Shown here piece by piece: positions 37,430 to 47,069 of a DNA stretch of 64,000 nt. The first letter of the stretch is position 1; each line of letters starts with the position of its first letter. Both the position numbers and the translations under genes were made by a program. Under the pieces are notes generated by a model. That model ran no database searches and was not told the DNA's origin. It was given only the letters and a program-made list of their open reading frames with translations. This DNA comes from a virus: the IMG/VR virus record IMGVR_UViG_3300035670_000045, positions 62,744 through 126,743 of that record; one strand, 5' to 3'.

Positions 37430-38077
37430 ATGATCCAAGGAGTTTCCTCCGATCTGTCCGTCGGGCTTCAGCCGTATGCCGACGTGGTAGTGGAGTGGGT
37501 ACCCAACCCAGGGGTACAGCTCAGCGAATTTCCAGGCGATCTGTCCGTGTGCCTGTCGATGTACACGACTATGCCTGGGTACGGTGGGTATGAGATCGCC
37601 GTGTTCACCGCACATGCCGTGAGTTCTGACCGCACGCGGGAACGGGCCGTTGTGGAGTGCTTCCCCTACGCGCACTACGAGCGGCTCGGGGCTTCCGAGG
37701 GGCTGTACCACCACTTCATGCGAACCTTGGAGCATGCCGAGCTCCTTGGGCAGGGGACGCTCAATCAGTACTTCGGGGATGAGCCTCTTCACTACGGCAC
37801 TTTCCAGAGTCCGTTTCACCGGATGCTGCAGCAGCTCCTGGAGGTGGAGGAGTACCCGTCACACCCCGTAGTTGACATCGAGGCAACGCTCGCCTCTTTC
37901 CGCGAGAACCCACTCAGGATGCTCGAGCATCTCGAGTTTCGTCATTGGCGAGGATTGGACCCGCATGGGACGTGCCCTAGCGGGTTCACACACCCTTCCC
38001 ACCTCTTTGGCCTCGAAGGGTGTGTTTGCATGACAGAGCTCGGAACGTGGAACCGTACCTTGTGGGGAGACATGTGA
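37430..38077 (+). CDS. Cys/His-tail family member 1
   Basis: CPSGFTHPSHLFGLEGCVC. Confidence 0.7.
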   Translation: MIQGVSSDLSVGLQPYADVVVEWVPNPGVQLSEFPGDLSVCLSMYTTMPGYGGYEIAVFTAHAVSSDRTRERAVVECFPYAHYERLGASEGLYHHFMRTLEHAELLGQGTLNQYFGDEPLHYGTFQSPFHRMLQQLLEVEEYPSHPVVDIEATLASFRENPLRMLEHLEFRHWRGLDPHGTCPSGFTHPSHLFGLEGCVCMTELGTWNRTLWGDM

Positions 38078-38661
38078 TGCGCATCCCCTACGACATGTTC
38101 AACGCCGTCTGCCACGAGTTCTTCCAGCGTAAGGTGCCCTACTTCTCCCCAAGTGTGGCAGACAACGCGGAGGATCTGGTCCTGTGCAGTATCCAACGGT
38201 TCAAGCGAAGTTCCGTTCTCTTGCAGATGTACGTCCAGATCGAGCCGGGGTGGAAGGACGGTACCTTCAATGTGGCCACCGGCTCTTACATCTGGGTACT
38301 GCCAAGAGACTATGGGCAGGGTGTGGCCGCATCTATCGCTAAACACTCCCGAAGGCTGGACCGCGGGAGGTATCGTCCAGCGCAAAACACACTAACGTTC
38401 ATCTCCCGTCCGTACCCGAGGTTGGTGGCCGCTTGCGTGTACCGGGATTGGTTGAAGTTCGATCAGCTTCTTTGGGCTGCCGTAACTCGACCGTCCCACG
38501 TGATCGATCTTACGTGGTCCGACAGGCCGTCTCACGTGTACCGCGAGGGTTGCCCGGAAGGACTCCTGCACCCGGCGCATTACGAGCGTGGTGGGTGTCT
38601 CTGCTCCACTTCGATGGACAGTGTTGCCCGGGTTTGCTGGGACCTGGAGGACTTTCCGTGA
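38077..38661 (+). CDS. Cys/His-tail family member 2
   Basis: CPEGLLHPAHYERGGCLC. Confidence 0.7.
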   Translation: MRIPYDMFNAVCHEFFQRKVPYFSPSVADNAEDLVLCSIQRFKRSSVLLQMYVQIEPGWKDGTFNVATGSYIWVLPRDYGQGVAASIAKHSRRLDRGRYRPAQNTLTFISRPYPRLVAACVYRDWLKFDQLLWAAVTRPSHVIDLTWSDRPSHVYREGCPEGLLHPAHYERGGCLCSTSMDSVARVCWDLEDFP

Positions 38662-39305
38662 ACACGATAGATAGCGCATGCCAGTTACGGCACCGGTCGG
38701 AGTCGGACGAGCGGTACGCTCAGTGGCTGGCCGGCCTACAGGCGTTCTCTTTCGAATTCTCTGAGGCGCCTGCTGCCAGTAGTCACCCCGCCATCGGGCA
38801 GTACGTGTACAGGCCCGTGCGTGTTGTCACCGCAGGTACACACCTCCCCTCGGTCATGGTGTTCGCCGTCGACATCCTACGGTTCTCGCGCAAGTCACGT
38901 GCAGGCACTTTCCACGGGCACTACCTCGTTGCATCCGTACTCAGTGCTGCGCTGCTGCCACCGCACGTGATTCTTCACGCGGAAATCCTCTACGAGAGTC
39001 GGAGGCCGTTCGCGAAGACCCAGAAGGTCAAGAGCAAGTACCGGGAGCTCATCAAGTACCTGAGCCGACTACCTTGGGAAGCCCACAAGGTCTCCGTGTC
39101 GGAGGAGTGTTACATCCAACGGGCATACGCGGCTAAGATCTACGTACCCGGTGTGCCCGGAGGCGAAGACGTGCGCACTTCCGGCCCCTGCCGTACTGGT
39201 GTTACGCACCCGTACCACTTCAACGCGCTCGGGGTCTGCCTGTGTGGGGTGGACACTTCCGAGACGCTGCACGGTCCGATTCACGCGGCATGGGGGGTAC
39301 ATTGA
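38658..39305 (+). CDS. Cys/His-tail family member 3
   Basis: CRTGVTHPYHFNALGVCLC. Confidence 0.7.
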   Translation: MNTIDSACQLRHRSESDERYAQWLAGLQAFSFEFSEAPAASSHPAIGQYVYRPVRVVTAGTHLPSVMVFAVDILRFSRKSRAGTFHGHYLVASVLSAALLPPHVILHAEILYESRRPFAKTQKVKSKYRELIKYLSRLPWEAHKVSVSEECYIQRAYAAKIYVPGVPGGEDVRTSGPCRTGVTHPYHFNALGVCLCGVDTSETLHGPIHAAWGVH

Positions 39306-39979
39306 TCCCGGTGATAGGAGAGCGTCCGTTGGAGCTCAGACCAATCGAGAAGCACGAGTTCATTCAGAAGGTACACAGCGCAATTGGGCCCATGTACCGC
39401 AGGAGCGGTACGTGGCCCTCCTACGTGTCCTCGATACGGGTCAACGCAGAATGCGCGTACGTGCAGTGGGTCCGTATGGAGGAGTACCACTGGTTGATCG
39501 CGTGTGACGTGTTCAGCGACCATGACGAGGGGTTCATTCACGTGTGGTACCTAGGGGCGGTACCACGTGCTCTCGAGTACGAGCCAGTCGAGGGGGTGCC
39601 CCAGCTGTCCGATAGGCCCGCCATACTCACCACGGCGGTAGTTCGCGGCAGGAAGATGTGTCCGACGGCCGACTCTATTCGAGAGGTCTTCAGTGACTTC
39701 CGAGCTATCGTAGATGGGATCGTCGCGGGCTACTCCGTGTATGACTTGGAGGGCGCATCGGGCAAGCCCAGCACCCTGATCGCCTCCAGGTTCCCATTCT
39801 CCCGTCGCAAGCACTTCACGCTGGGCTGGAGCGGTTCCCCGGATGCACCCACGGCGTGTAAGCGCGGCATCGCACACCCCCATCACTTCGACCATGAGGG
39901 GAGGTGCAGATGCTACTCCAACGCTCTCTGGCATGTGCCTCTATTCATGTCGTGGATGAAAGAAAGCGTGGTGGACTAG
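39302..39979 (+). CDS. Cys/His-tail family member 4
   Basis: CKRGIAHPHHFDHEGRCRC...HVPLFMSW; start uncertain. Confidence 0.7.
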   Translation: MIPVIGERPLELRPIEKHEFIQKVHSAIGPMYRRSGTWPSYVSSIRVNAECAYVQWVRMEEYHWLIACDVFSDHDEGFIHVWYLGAVPRALEYEPVEGVPQLSDRPAILTTAVVRGRKMCPTADSIREVFSDFRAIVDGIVAGYSVYDLEGASGKPSTLIASRFPFSRRKHFTLGWSGSPDAPTACKRGIAHPHHFDHEGRCRCYSNALWHVPLFMSWMKESVVD

Positions 39980-40639
39980 ATGACTCCCTTCCGGTTTGAC
40001 CCATCAGAGCTGGGGCCTCTCGTACAGTCACTCCGTCAGGCAGCAATGTCTGTTGCCCTCGATTACGGCGCACGCGTAGTACTTCCGAAGGCCAGTCTAA
40101 GCGCTTCCACCTCCCCCACGGTGTACGACGTCTACGGGAAGTCGTTCCGATGGTCGATCGTGTACGAGCGGGTACTCCACTGGGAAGGTGACCCCAACTC
40201 GTTCGACGAGCACCTGTACCTGCTCACGCTTCCGCGGGGTCAAGTCCCCACGACTGTTTGCATGTACGCGAAGGCGTCGTTCTCGTGTGCCCTCATCCCA
40301 CCGCCTGACGCCTACGTGCCGTTGCTCCGGAAGGTGTTCTCCGACATCCATCGGTTCGATTCTGACCCCGTGGCTATCCACGCGCTGGACACGGCCAGGT
40401 CCCCGATTTCTCCCATCGGGGTCAACACCCGCAGCGGTTGGAGTGCTGTGGACTACATCGACTTCGTTCGCCGTATGAAGTTGACCAGTTCCAGTATGGT
40501 TCGTGTTGAGTGTACGCAAGGCATCGTGCACCCTCACCACTTCGATGGCTTCGGGAACTGCAGGTGCAGCCGGTATGCCGCCCATCACCGGCCTTTGCTG
40601 CGGCAATGGGGCAGGAGGTTTCTTTCCGTTGATCCGTGA
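39980..40639 (+). CDS. Cys/His-tail family member 5
   Basis: CTQGIVHPHHFDGFGNCRC...HRPLLRQW. Confidence 0.75.
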   Translation: MTPFRFDPSELGPLVQSLRQAAMSVALDYGARVVLPKASLSASTSPTVYDVYGKSFRWSIVYERVLHWEGDPNSFDEHLYLLTLPRGQVPTTVCMYAKASFSCALIPPPDAYVPLLRKVFSDIHRFDSDPVAIHALDTARSPISPIGVNTRSGWSAVDYIDFVRRMKLTSSSMVRVECTQGIVHPHHFDGFGNCRCSRYAAHHRPLLRQWGRRFLSVDP

Positions 40640-41249
40640 ACAAGAACGCCTACGCGCGCTGGACGTCGTGCGCGAGGTACTTTCTCGTACTTCAATCCCT
40701 GACAACATCTTCTGCCGCGTAGCGGACACCGTTACACGCCCATCGGATTACTCCGTAGAGCTGCTCACGGTGTACGGGCACCAGTACCGTTGGGTAGTAG
40801 AGTACTCTCCGTCTGGAAGGTTTGGGATCCCATCCGGCGTGCTACATCTAAACGCACAGGCGGCCTGTACGGGTTCTGCGTGGGGGGATCCGCCCAACCA
40901 TGTGATCTCTCTCGACAAGTACTCCTCCTACTCCCAGAAGTTGGATGGTACTGACGGGGAGTTGTCCGTCGAAGTAGTGCGCGCCGTACTCCGCTTGGTG
41001 TTTCTCCTTGAGGAGGATGAGTCGCGCATCTACGCCCCGCCTTGGACGGTGGAGGGTACCGACGTTACTTTCCATGGGGCTAACGGCACGGGTGCCGGGT
41101 GGGGGGCGGTAAGCCCTCCCCCTCGTCGTGGGGGGAGTTGTCTCTGTGGCGTACTTCACCCCCATCACTTTGACGTGTTTGGCGGGTGTCGGTGCTCGTT
41201 GGACGCCCTGATGCATTTGCCTCTCTTGCGGCTGTGGGGGGTAGCATGA
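40629..41249 (+). CDS. Cys/His-tail family member 6
   Basis: CLCGVLHPHHFDVFGGCRC...HLPLLRLW; AGGAGG before TTG. Confidence 0.75.
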   Translation: MIREQERLRALDVVREVLSRTSIPDNIFCRVADTVTRPSDYSVELLTVYGHQYRWVVEYSPSGRFGIPSGVLHLNAQAACTGSAWGDPPNHVISLDKYSSYSQKLDGTDGELSVEVVRAVLRLVFLLEEDESRIYAPPWTVEGTDVTFHGANGTGAGWGAVSPPPRRGGSCLCGVLHPHHFDVFGGCRCSLDALMHLPLLRLWGVA

Positions 41250-41851
41250 GGAATCGAGGATGGGACCAGGCTCTCTACCTCGAGGTTCGAGAGTTCATTC
41301 TGGACGCGGTGTGGTGCCAGTTGGCTTCTACACTCACTCCTGTGGCCTACCGCACAGTGTTGAGCGTGAGGAGAGGGCCCGAAGGCGGCTGGCTTGTCCT
41401 CCGTGTCTTCGGGAAGCTGTACACCTGGGGTCTCCTGTACTCCGCAAGTTTGGGTAGGGACATGTTTCGTTGGGAAGCTACCCCTGCCCACTGGGCGGAT
41501 GACGACCCTCCCGCCCCGATCACTCCGTGGTACAGCGCCCAGAGGAGCACTGCGCCAGGTCACTCGCGCGTAGCCGCCGCCCAGGCCGCAGTGCGTGATC
41601 TGCTCGCGGATAGGGCTGACCTCGATGGGGATGTGATGGTGGTTTACTTCCGGAGCTACGACAACTCGGACTCCGCTTCCTTACGTGGGCCGGGGTGGGA
41701 TGCCCTGCGGTTCGACGGTCGCCGGGTAAGCCCGATGCGACCTTGTGCGAAGGGCATCGTGCACCCTCACCACTTCGACCGGTACGGGGCATGCCGGTGT
41801 GCTTGTAGCGCCTCGCACCATGTCCCGCTCCTTGAGGCGTGGGACTTCTGA
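41246..41851 (+). CDS. Cys/His-tail family member 7
   Basis: CAKGIVHPHHFDRYGACRC...HVPLLEAW. Confidence 0.75.
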   Translation: MRNRGWDQALYLEVREFILDAVWCQLASTLTPVAYRTVLSVRRGPEGGWLVLRVFGKLYTWGLLYSASLGRDMFRWEATPAHWADDDPPAPITPWYSAQRSTAPGHSRVAAAQAAVRDLLADRADLDGDVMVVYFRSYDNSDSASLRGPGWDALRFDGRRVSPMRPCAKGIVHPHHFDRYGACRCACSASHHVPLLEAWDF

Positions 41852-41868
41852 CCTTGGAGGTCGGGCCT

Positions 41869-42540
41869 ATGCATGATTCATCAGAGCGTGTGCAGGAGTT
41901 CGTGGTTTCCCACGTGACGCAGACCATGCGCGGGGTCATGTACTCCGTGGTTTTGCCGTACATTCCCCACACTCACAAGGTATTGGGGGATGCGCGCGTA
42001 GTGCTGGGCATCTTCTGCTCCGAGTTCCGTTGGAGCATCACGCACCACATGCGCCACATCGCTCGATCAGTGGGGGACCGCCTCCCATCTCCTATCGTCA
42101 TGCACAGTTTTGGGCTATGGGTCACGTCCAACGCTTCGGTAGAGTCGGGCGTACCTGATGACTACCCGAGCCCCATGTTTGGGACGGCCGTATTTGCATC
42201 AAGTCTGGCACCTATCGACCCATGGGTCATTGGGTTGGACATACTTCTCGACTTCATCGTGGAGTGCGAGCTCGATCCAAGTCACATCCACACACTGGAC
42301 GGTGCGCAGGGCGTTGCCCACCTTGATCGGGGCCAACCCAACTTGGAGGTAGTCCGTCCGGCAAACTCCTTCAGTGGATGGGATGCCCGGACGTACGGGT
42401 TTGGCGTCCCATTCCCACAAGAGCCCCCGTGCGCGCTCGGGGTGACCCACCCTCACCATTTCGACCGTGCAGGGAACTGCCGGTGCCCCCCATGTGCCAC
42501 CAAACATCAACCCCTACTCCGAAACTGGGTGCGACTTTGA
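41869..42540 (+). CDS. Cys/His-tail family member 8
   Basis: CALGVTHPHHFDRAGNCRC...HQPLLRNW. Confidence 0.75.
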   Translation: MHDSSERVQEFVVSHVTQTMRGVMYSVVLPYIPHTHKVLGDARVVLGIFCSEFRWSITHHMRHIARSVGDRLPSPIVMHSFGLWVTSNASVESGVPDDYPSPMFGTAVFASSLAPIDPWVIGLDILLDFIVECELDPSHIHTLDGAQGVAHLDRGQPNLEVVRPANSFSGWDARTYGFGVPFPQEPPCALGVTHPHHFDRAGNCRCPPCATKHQPLLRNWVRL

Positions 42541-42543
42541 GCT

Positions 42544-43173
42544 ATGTACTTGCGGTCTGAGCTCGACACGGATGAAGAGGAGCAGGCGTACGCAGCCCTC
42601 GAAGAGGTGATGTCTCTTCCGGAGTTCGGTCATCTGAACTGCAGATGGCCAGGACCTTGCGGTGCTCCGGGGGAGGTGCACCTTCTACGCGTGTACACTA
42701 ACTTGTACGTTTGGGATGTGTTCTACGCCAAACCCAGTCCGGACGTTTCCCGTGTGGTGACGTTGCACTGCGGAATCCAGCTCGGTACACGGCACCCATC
42801 GAAGGGGCCTGGCCCAGTTGTGTTTGACATCTGGATGGAGGACCTGCCCGGCTACCATAGCCTCACGTACATCAGCGCGCTGGCTGGCATGTTGCGTGCC
42901 GTGTTACGGCTCATTGTGCGTCTGGAGTCCGACGTTCGCGCCCTCTACTGGCGGGTACCTCGGGTAGACGGCACCTGGGCGAACTACCGGGGGCGCGATC
43001 TCGTGTCAGCCCACTGGGAGCGTGAGGTGTTCGGGGCTGATCTTCGGCGGCGGTGTGCGCAGGGTGTAGTCCACCCCGACCACTTCGATGTGTCGGGTCA
43101 TTGCAGGTGTTCCCCCGATGTGGATCTTCATCTGCCCTTGATGCGGGCGTGGGGGTTACGTTCCCATGTATAA
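42544..43173 (+). CDS. Cys/His-tail family member 9
   Basis: CAQGVVHPDHFDVSGHCRC...HLPLMRAW. Confidence 0.75.
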   Translation: MYLRSELDTDEEEQAYAALEEVMSLPEFGHLNCRWPGPCGAPGEVHLLRVYTNLYVWDVFYAKPSPDVSRVVTLHCGIQLGTRHPSKGPGPVVFDIWMEDLPGYHSLTYISALAGMLRAVLRLIVRLESDVRALYWRVPRVDGTWANYRGRDLVSAHWEREVFGADLRRRCAQGVVHPDHFDVSGHCRCSPDVDLHLPLMRAWGLRSHV

Positions 43174-43831
43174 GAGGTCGGAGCTGCCCATCACCCCCAA
43201 CGAGGCCCGTACGCTGGAGCGGCAGATCCGGGAACAGGTCACATCCCAAGTCTTGGGCTCGAGTACGGCGGGTCGGCCAGGCGTTCATGTGGTTGGCGTC
43301 AATTCGGACCGCCTCTCTCCCAAGTCGATTGTGTGGATACAAGGCGCACTCTTCCTGTGGTCGATCTCCTACGAACGATGTGAGGAGCTATGGGTCGGCC
43401 CTGGGGAGGACGTCTTCGGGGGGAAGTTCGAGATGCTGGCGTTGGGTGCCAACGCCCTGCGGGAATCACAAGACGGCGTTGCGTTGGTGAGTGTCCGAGT
43501 CGCTGTCGCACAAGACCAAGTAGGCGCGGCAGTCCTTGGCCCTGAGCTGAGCAAGCTTGTCCACCTCATTTCTCGTTGCGAGCTTGCGCCCGAGCTCATT
43601 CACGAGCTCGAGCAGTCATGGGGAGGCTCCACCGCGCTTAACGAGGCCCCGTTCCTCCAAAGTCAGTTCGAGGACGGGTGGGCAGCACACGCTCCTTCAG
43701 AGAGGAAAGAGCCATGTCGTTGCTCCCGCGGGATAGTGCACCCGTTTCACTTCGACATGCGGGGTCACTGCCGATGTGACTCCAACGCCACGTTCCACAA
43801 GCCACTTCTTCGTCACTGGCTCCGCACTTAG
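43166..43831 (+). CDS. Cys/His-tail family member 10
   Basis: CSRGIVHPFHFDMRGHCRC...HKPLLRHW. Confidence 0.75.
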   Translation: MYKRSELPITPNEARTLERQIREQVTSQVLGSSTAGRPGVHVVGVNSDRLSPKSIVWIQGALFLWSISYERCEELWVGPGEDVFGGKFEMLALGANALRESQDGVALVSVRVAVAQDQVGAAVLGPELSKLVHLISRCELAPELIHELEQSWGGSTALNEAPFLQSQFEDGWAAHAPSERKEPCRCSRGIVHPFHFDMRGHCRCDSNATFHKPLLRHWLRT

Positions 43832-43841
43832 GAGGTGCACC

Positions 43842-44474
43842 TTGTCGTACCGCACCTTGACCCCATTACCCACAAGTGTCGGCAGCCGTATTGCGGAAGA
43901 GCTCATGGAGGGTGTACAGGCGAGGGTGGGTGAGTTCATCCCCTCTTTCTTCTTCAGTGAGTACCGCGTGTCTATCGAGGTCAGCGGTCGCCACTTTCTG
44001 TGGTCCATTGTGTACGAGATGTGGTGCTCGGATGAGGATACGCACCCTGGCATCGGGGACGGCATCCTGGAGCTACGCGCCTGGCCTTGGGGGTACAGCG
44101 GCAGTACCCCAGCGGTAGTGGCACGCGTGCCCGTCCCAATTCGAGATGGTCACCGTGACTTCTCGCGGTTGGACAGGATCTGTAGCGCTCTGACACGGTG
44201 CGATGCCGACCCGCGGAACATCCACCAGTACGAGGGTACGGGGCGGTACCCCCTGTTAGTGTCAGAGATTCCGGGCATCCTCCGTACTGCCCCCGGGTGG
44301 CGAGCCACGGGGAAACCTCCGAGCCCACCCACCCCTTGTCCGAAGGGTGTAGCCCACCCTTTTCACTACGACTGCTTCGGTTCGTGTCGGTGTGCTTCCG
44401 ATGTCGTCATCCACTACCCGCTGCTCCAGCAGTGGCTAAACCCCACCGTGGCACCCCCACGTGGCTCTCCGTAG
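43842..44474 (+). CDS. Cys/His-tail family member 11
   Basis: CPKGVAHPFHYDCFGSCRC...HYPLLQQW; AGGAGG before TTG. Confidence 0.75.
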   Translation: MSYRTLTPLPTSVGSRIAEELMEGVQARVGEFIPSFFFSEYRVSIEVSGRHFLWSIVYEMWCSDEDTHPGIGDGILELRAWPWGYSGSTPAVVARVPVPIRDGHRDFSRLDRICSALTRCDADPRNIHQYEGTGRYPLLVSEIPGILRTAPGWRATGKPPSPPTPCPKGVAHPFHYDCFGSCRCASDVVIHYPLLQQWLNPTVAPPRGSP

Positions 44475-45060
44475 TCTGACCCCTCTGCCCCGCAGTGTTC
44501 GCAGGTACATCGCGGATGTTATCGAGAGGGGCCTCCCATCGACGGTGTGGGGGAGGTATTTCGTCAACCCCCTCATCTCTTCCGAGAATCGCGCGGGAGT
44601 AGAAATCTCGAGTCGGTACTTCCTCTGGTCCATCCTGTACGAGATGTGGTGCTCGGATGGGGACACCCACCCCGGGGTTGGTGATGGCATTCTGAAGCTG
44701 TGGGCCTGGCCGTGGGGGTGCGCACGCACTACCCCCGCTCTCGTCGCAACTGTTCCCGTGAATAGCTCCCGTGACTTTTCCGGGCTGCCCCACCTATGCG
44801 ACGTCCTCCTCGCCTGTGAAGAGAATCCGTGCCACATCCACAAGTTTGAAAGCGCACATCTGCACTCTACTAGGGTGCAGAGTATCCACGGCATACCGGT
44901 GGTGCACTCGGGGTGGCAAGCTTCCGGCAAAGTCGGGGTGCCGCCCTTCGCTTGCCCCCACGGGCTTGTCCACCCCTACCACTATGACTTCTTCGGCCGG
45001 TGCCGTTGTGAGTCGAACGCCGTCATTCACTACCCACTGCTTGTCCAGTGGGGTTTCTGA
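44461..45060 (+). CDS. Cys/His-tail family member 12 (close paralog of 11)
   Basis: CPHGLVHPYHYDFFGRCRC...HYPLLVQW. Confidence 0.75.
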   Translation: MALRSLTPLPRSVRRYIADVIERGLPSTVWGRYFVNPLISSENRAGVEISSRYFLWSILYEMWCSDGDTHPGVGDGILKLWAWPWGCARTTPALVATVPVNSSRDFSGLPHLCDVLLACEENPCHIHKFESAHLHSTRVQSIHGIPVVHSGWQASGKVGVPPFACPHGLVHPYHYDFFGRCRCESNAVIHYPLLVQWGF

Positions 45061-45076
45061 TTTTTGGAGAAAGAAC

Positions 45077-46474
45077 ATGCGCCCCATCCACACCATCGAG
45101 CTCTCGAACCTGCGCTTCTTCGAGTACGCCAAGATCGCGTTGCCCGCACGAGACCCGCGGGCGGTCATCCAATTGCCGCCGGGCATCGCCGTCCGCGAGC
45201 TGCACGACCATCTGTACCAAACGTACACGGAGGACTCCAACGTGCTGCCACACAACACGCTCGGGCAGCCTACGACCGTCGCCTTTCGGGGTAAGAAATG
45301 GCACGTGACCCTCGTCCGGGAGCGTACGAAGCCCACCCCCCTCATGGTTCGCTATGGGGTCCAAGCCGGGGATGTCACCCCCATGGTGTCCGTTCTCGAT
45401 CCCGTCTCCTTCAACTTTCGATCGGGGTACCTCGAGCGCGAGCTCGGGGACGACTACGCGAAGTTCGTCCAGCTCCTCCCCCAAGTGGCCGCTCTGTTGG
45501 CCAACGCGGTGATCTACAACCTCTTCGTGCTCCACGTGCCTGGGCAGGGGGTCACCATCTCCCTCCAGCGGAAGGAAAACCCAGGCCCCGTCGTGTGGCT
45601 CCCCCTCGAGCACGCGGATGCCCACCTCCAGCGGGCGGTCATCGCGGCGGCCCACCTCCTCTGCCTCTTCTTCCTCCGGGAACGGGCCCAGGACCGCCAT
45701 TGGTCCCTCAACGACACCCGCGGGCTCATCCTCCTCACCACGGGACGCTACCGCATCCGCCCCACCGGGCTCGGGAAGCTCATCTCCCCCTCCAACCCCC
45801 GCCCCATCCAAAACATCCATCTCGCCGAATGGGATGACCCCCTCGCGGGCCAAGAACCCTCCTTCCCCTCCCGCCTAAGCCACCTCACCGTCCTCAACCC
45901 CTTCGTGCCCCCTCCCCCCGCCGTGTACGAGTCCGACCCCTCACCCCCGGAGGAGCCCACCCCTGACGTGGAGGTCTCCGAGCAGCCCTCGAGTGTAGGT
46001 GAGGGTGAGGTGGTGGAGTGTGAGGAGCCGAGTGATGTGGAGCCAGTGGTGCGAAAGGAGGAGCATGTGGTGACGTACCACGCAGACGTTGATGTGGTGC
46101 CGGTGGGGTTCGAGCAGTTGCTGAAGGCGTTGCCCGACTTGCTGTACCCGGGTGATGTTGGGGCGTTCATGTCGCAATGCACGGCGTACAGTGGTGTGTA
46201 CAGCAAGTACTCGAACATGCCGAACTACGCGACGACTGCGGGGCTTGCGCTGAAGTTCGCGTTGGGCTCGGTGGAGCGATTGGGCTCGTACTACCACGAG
46301 CAAGCGACCGCGCGTGTGCTCCTGGAGGTCTCGAAGCTAGTGGCACGGAACTCGCGCACACTCACGCTCGAGTACGTAGACGCTGGGGGCGCTCCGGCGC
46401 CTTCCCAGAGTCTGGAAGCCCAGGCCAAAACTCCGAAAACGAAGGACGCCCGTATTAGCTTGCGGCAGGGATAA
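45077..46474 (+). CDS. hypothetical protein with degenerate ABC/AAA_21 ATPase-like N-terminal domain
   Basis: IHTIELSNLRFFEYAKI start; no Walker A/B; Pro/Glu linker. Confidence 0.5.
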   Translation: MRPIHTIELSNLRFFEYAKIALPARDPRAVIQLPPGIAVRELHDHLYQTYTEDSNVLPHNTLGQPTTVAFRGKKWHVTLVRERTKPTPLMVRYGVQAGDVTPMVSVLDPVSFNFRSGYLERELGDDYAKFVQLLPQVAALLANAVIYNLFVLHVPGQGVTISLQRKENPGPVVWLPLEHADAHLQRAVIAAAHLLCLFFLRERAQDRHWSLNDTRGLILLTTGRYRIRPTGLGKLISPSNPRPIQNIHLAEWDDPLAGQEPSFPSRLSHLTVLNPFVPPPPAVYESDPSPPEEPTPDVEVSEQPSSVGEGEVVECEEPSDVEPVVRKEEHVVTYHADVDVVPVGFEQLLKALPDLLYPGDVGAFMSQCTAYSGVYSKYSNMPNYATTAGLALKFALGSVERLGSYYHEQATARVLLEVSKLVARNSRTLTLEYVDAGGAPAPSQSLEAQAKTPKTKDARISLRQG

Positions 46475-46542
46475 GAGTACGGGAACACCCACCGGGGCTG
46501 TGAGTACTTCCGCACGCCGGGGTACTCACAGCCTTTCCTTTT
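46468..46542 (+). promoter_or_regulatory. GGGATAAG motif followed by strong hairpin and T-tract (attenuator or sRNA)
   Basis: GGCTGTGAGTAC/GTACTCACAGCC 12-bp stem then TTTCCTTTT. Confidence 0.55.
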
Positions 46543-46553
46543 AGGAGAGTCAC

Positions 46554-47069
46554 ATGGCCAAGTCGAACTTCGGCAACATCGTCCCCAATCCGCATCCGAA
46601 GACCGTTCCAGTCATGAAGTTGCCCGTGTCGTTCAGGCACATCTGTGAGGTCTTCCCAGAGCTCTCCGACATGTACGTGGGGAACTTCATCGACTGGGCC
46701 GGCGTTGGGCAGTACAACGGGCTGTACCATTCCTACCGCTGTGTGTCCGGGGCCAAGCTCACGTTGCTCGACGCGTTCCGTGCGGTCGAGCGGATCGCCA
46801 AGGAGACCGACGAGCTCCGCGCATCGTCCGGGGAGATTGCGTTGCGGTTTCACACGCTCTTGGTGGACATCCCAAAGCAGATTCTCGAGGAGTACGAGCA
46901 GCGGTGCCAGAAGCGCATCGAGTGGGAGGTGGTGGAGGACATGCGCTCGTTTGCCAGTGAGGAGTTTCACGGGCGCGGGTGTAGCAAGAGCACGTGCTCC
47001 GAGGATTGTCTGTGCGCCCCCTGCCGCGCTCGAGTTGCGCTGCAGCGTATGGCGGAGAACGTGCCGTGA
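46554..47069 (+). CDS. hypothetical protein with Cys-rich C-terminus
   Basis: AGGAG RBS; CSKSTCSEDCLCAPC. Confidence 0.65.
   Translation: MAKSNFGNIVPNPHPKTVPVMKLPVSFRHICEVFPELSDMYVGNFIDWAGVGQYNGLYHSYRCVSGAKLTLLDAFRAVERIAKETDELRASSGEIALRFHTLLVDIPKQILEEYEQRCQKRIEWEVVEDMRSFASEEFHGRGCSKSTCSEDCLCAPCRARVALQRMAENVP

Noticed and set aside
46554-47069. Membership of this ORF in the Cys/His-tail family
   Set aside because: Its Cys-rich end lacks the G-x2-HP-x-H core.
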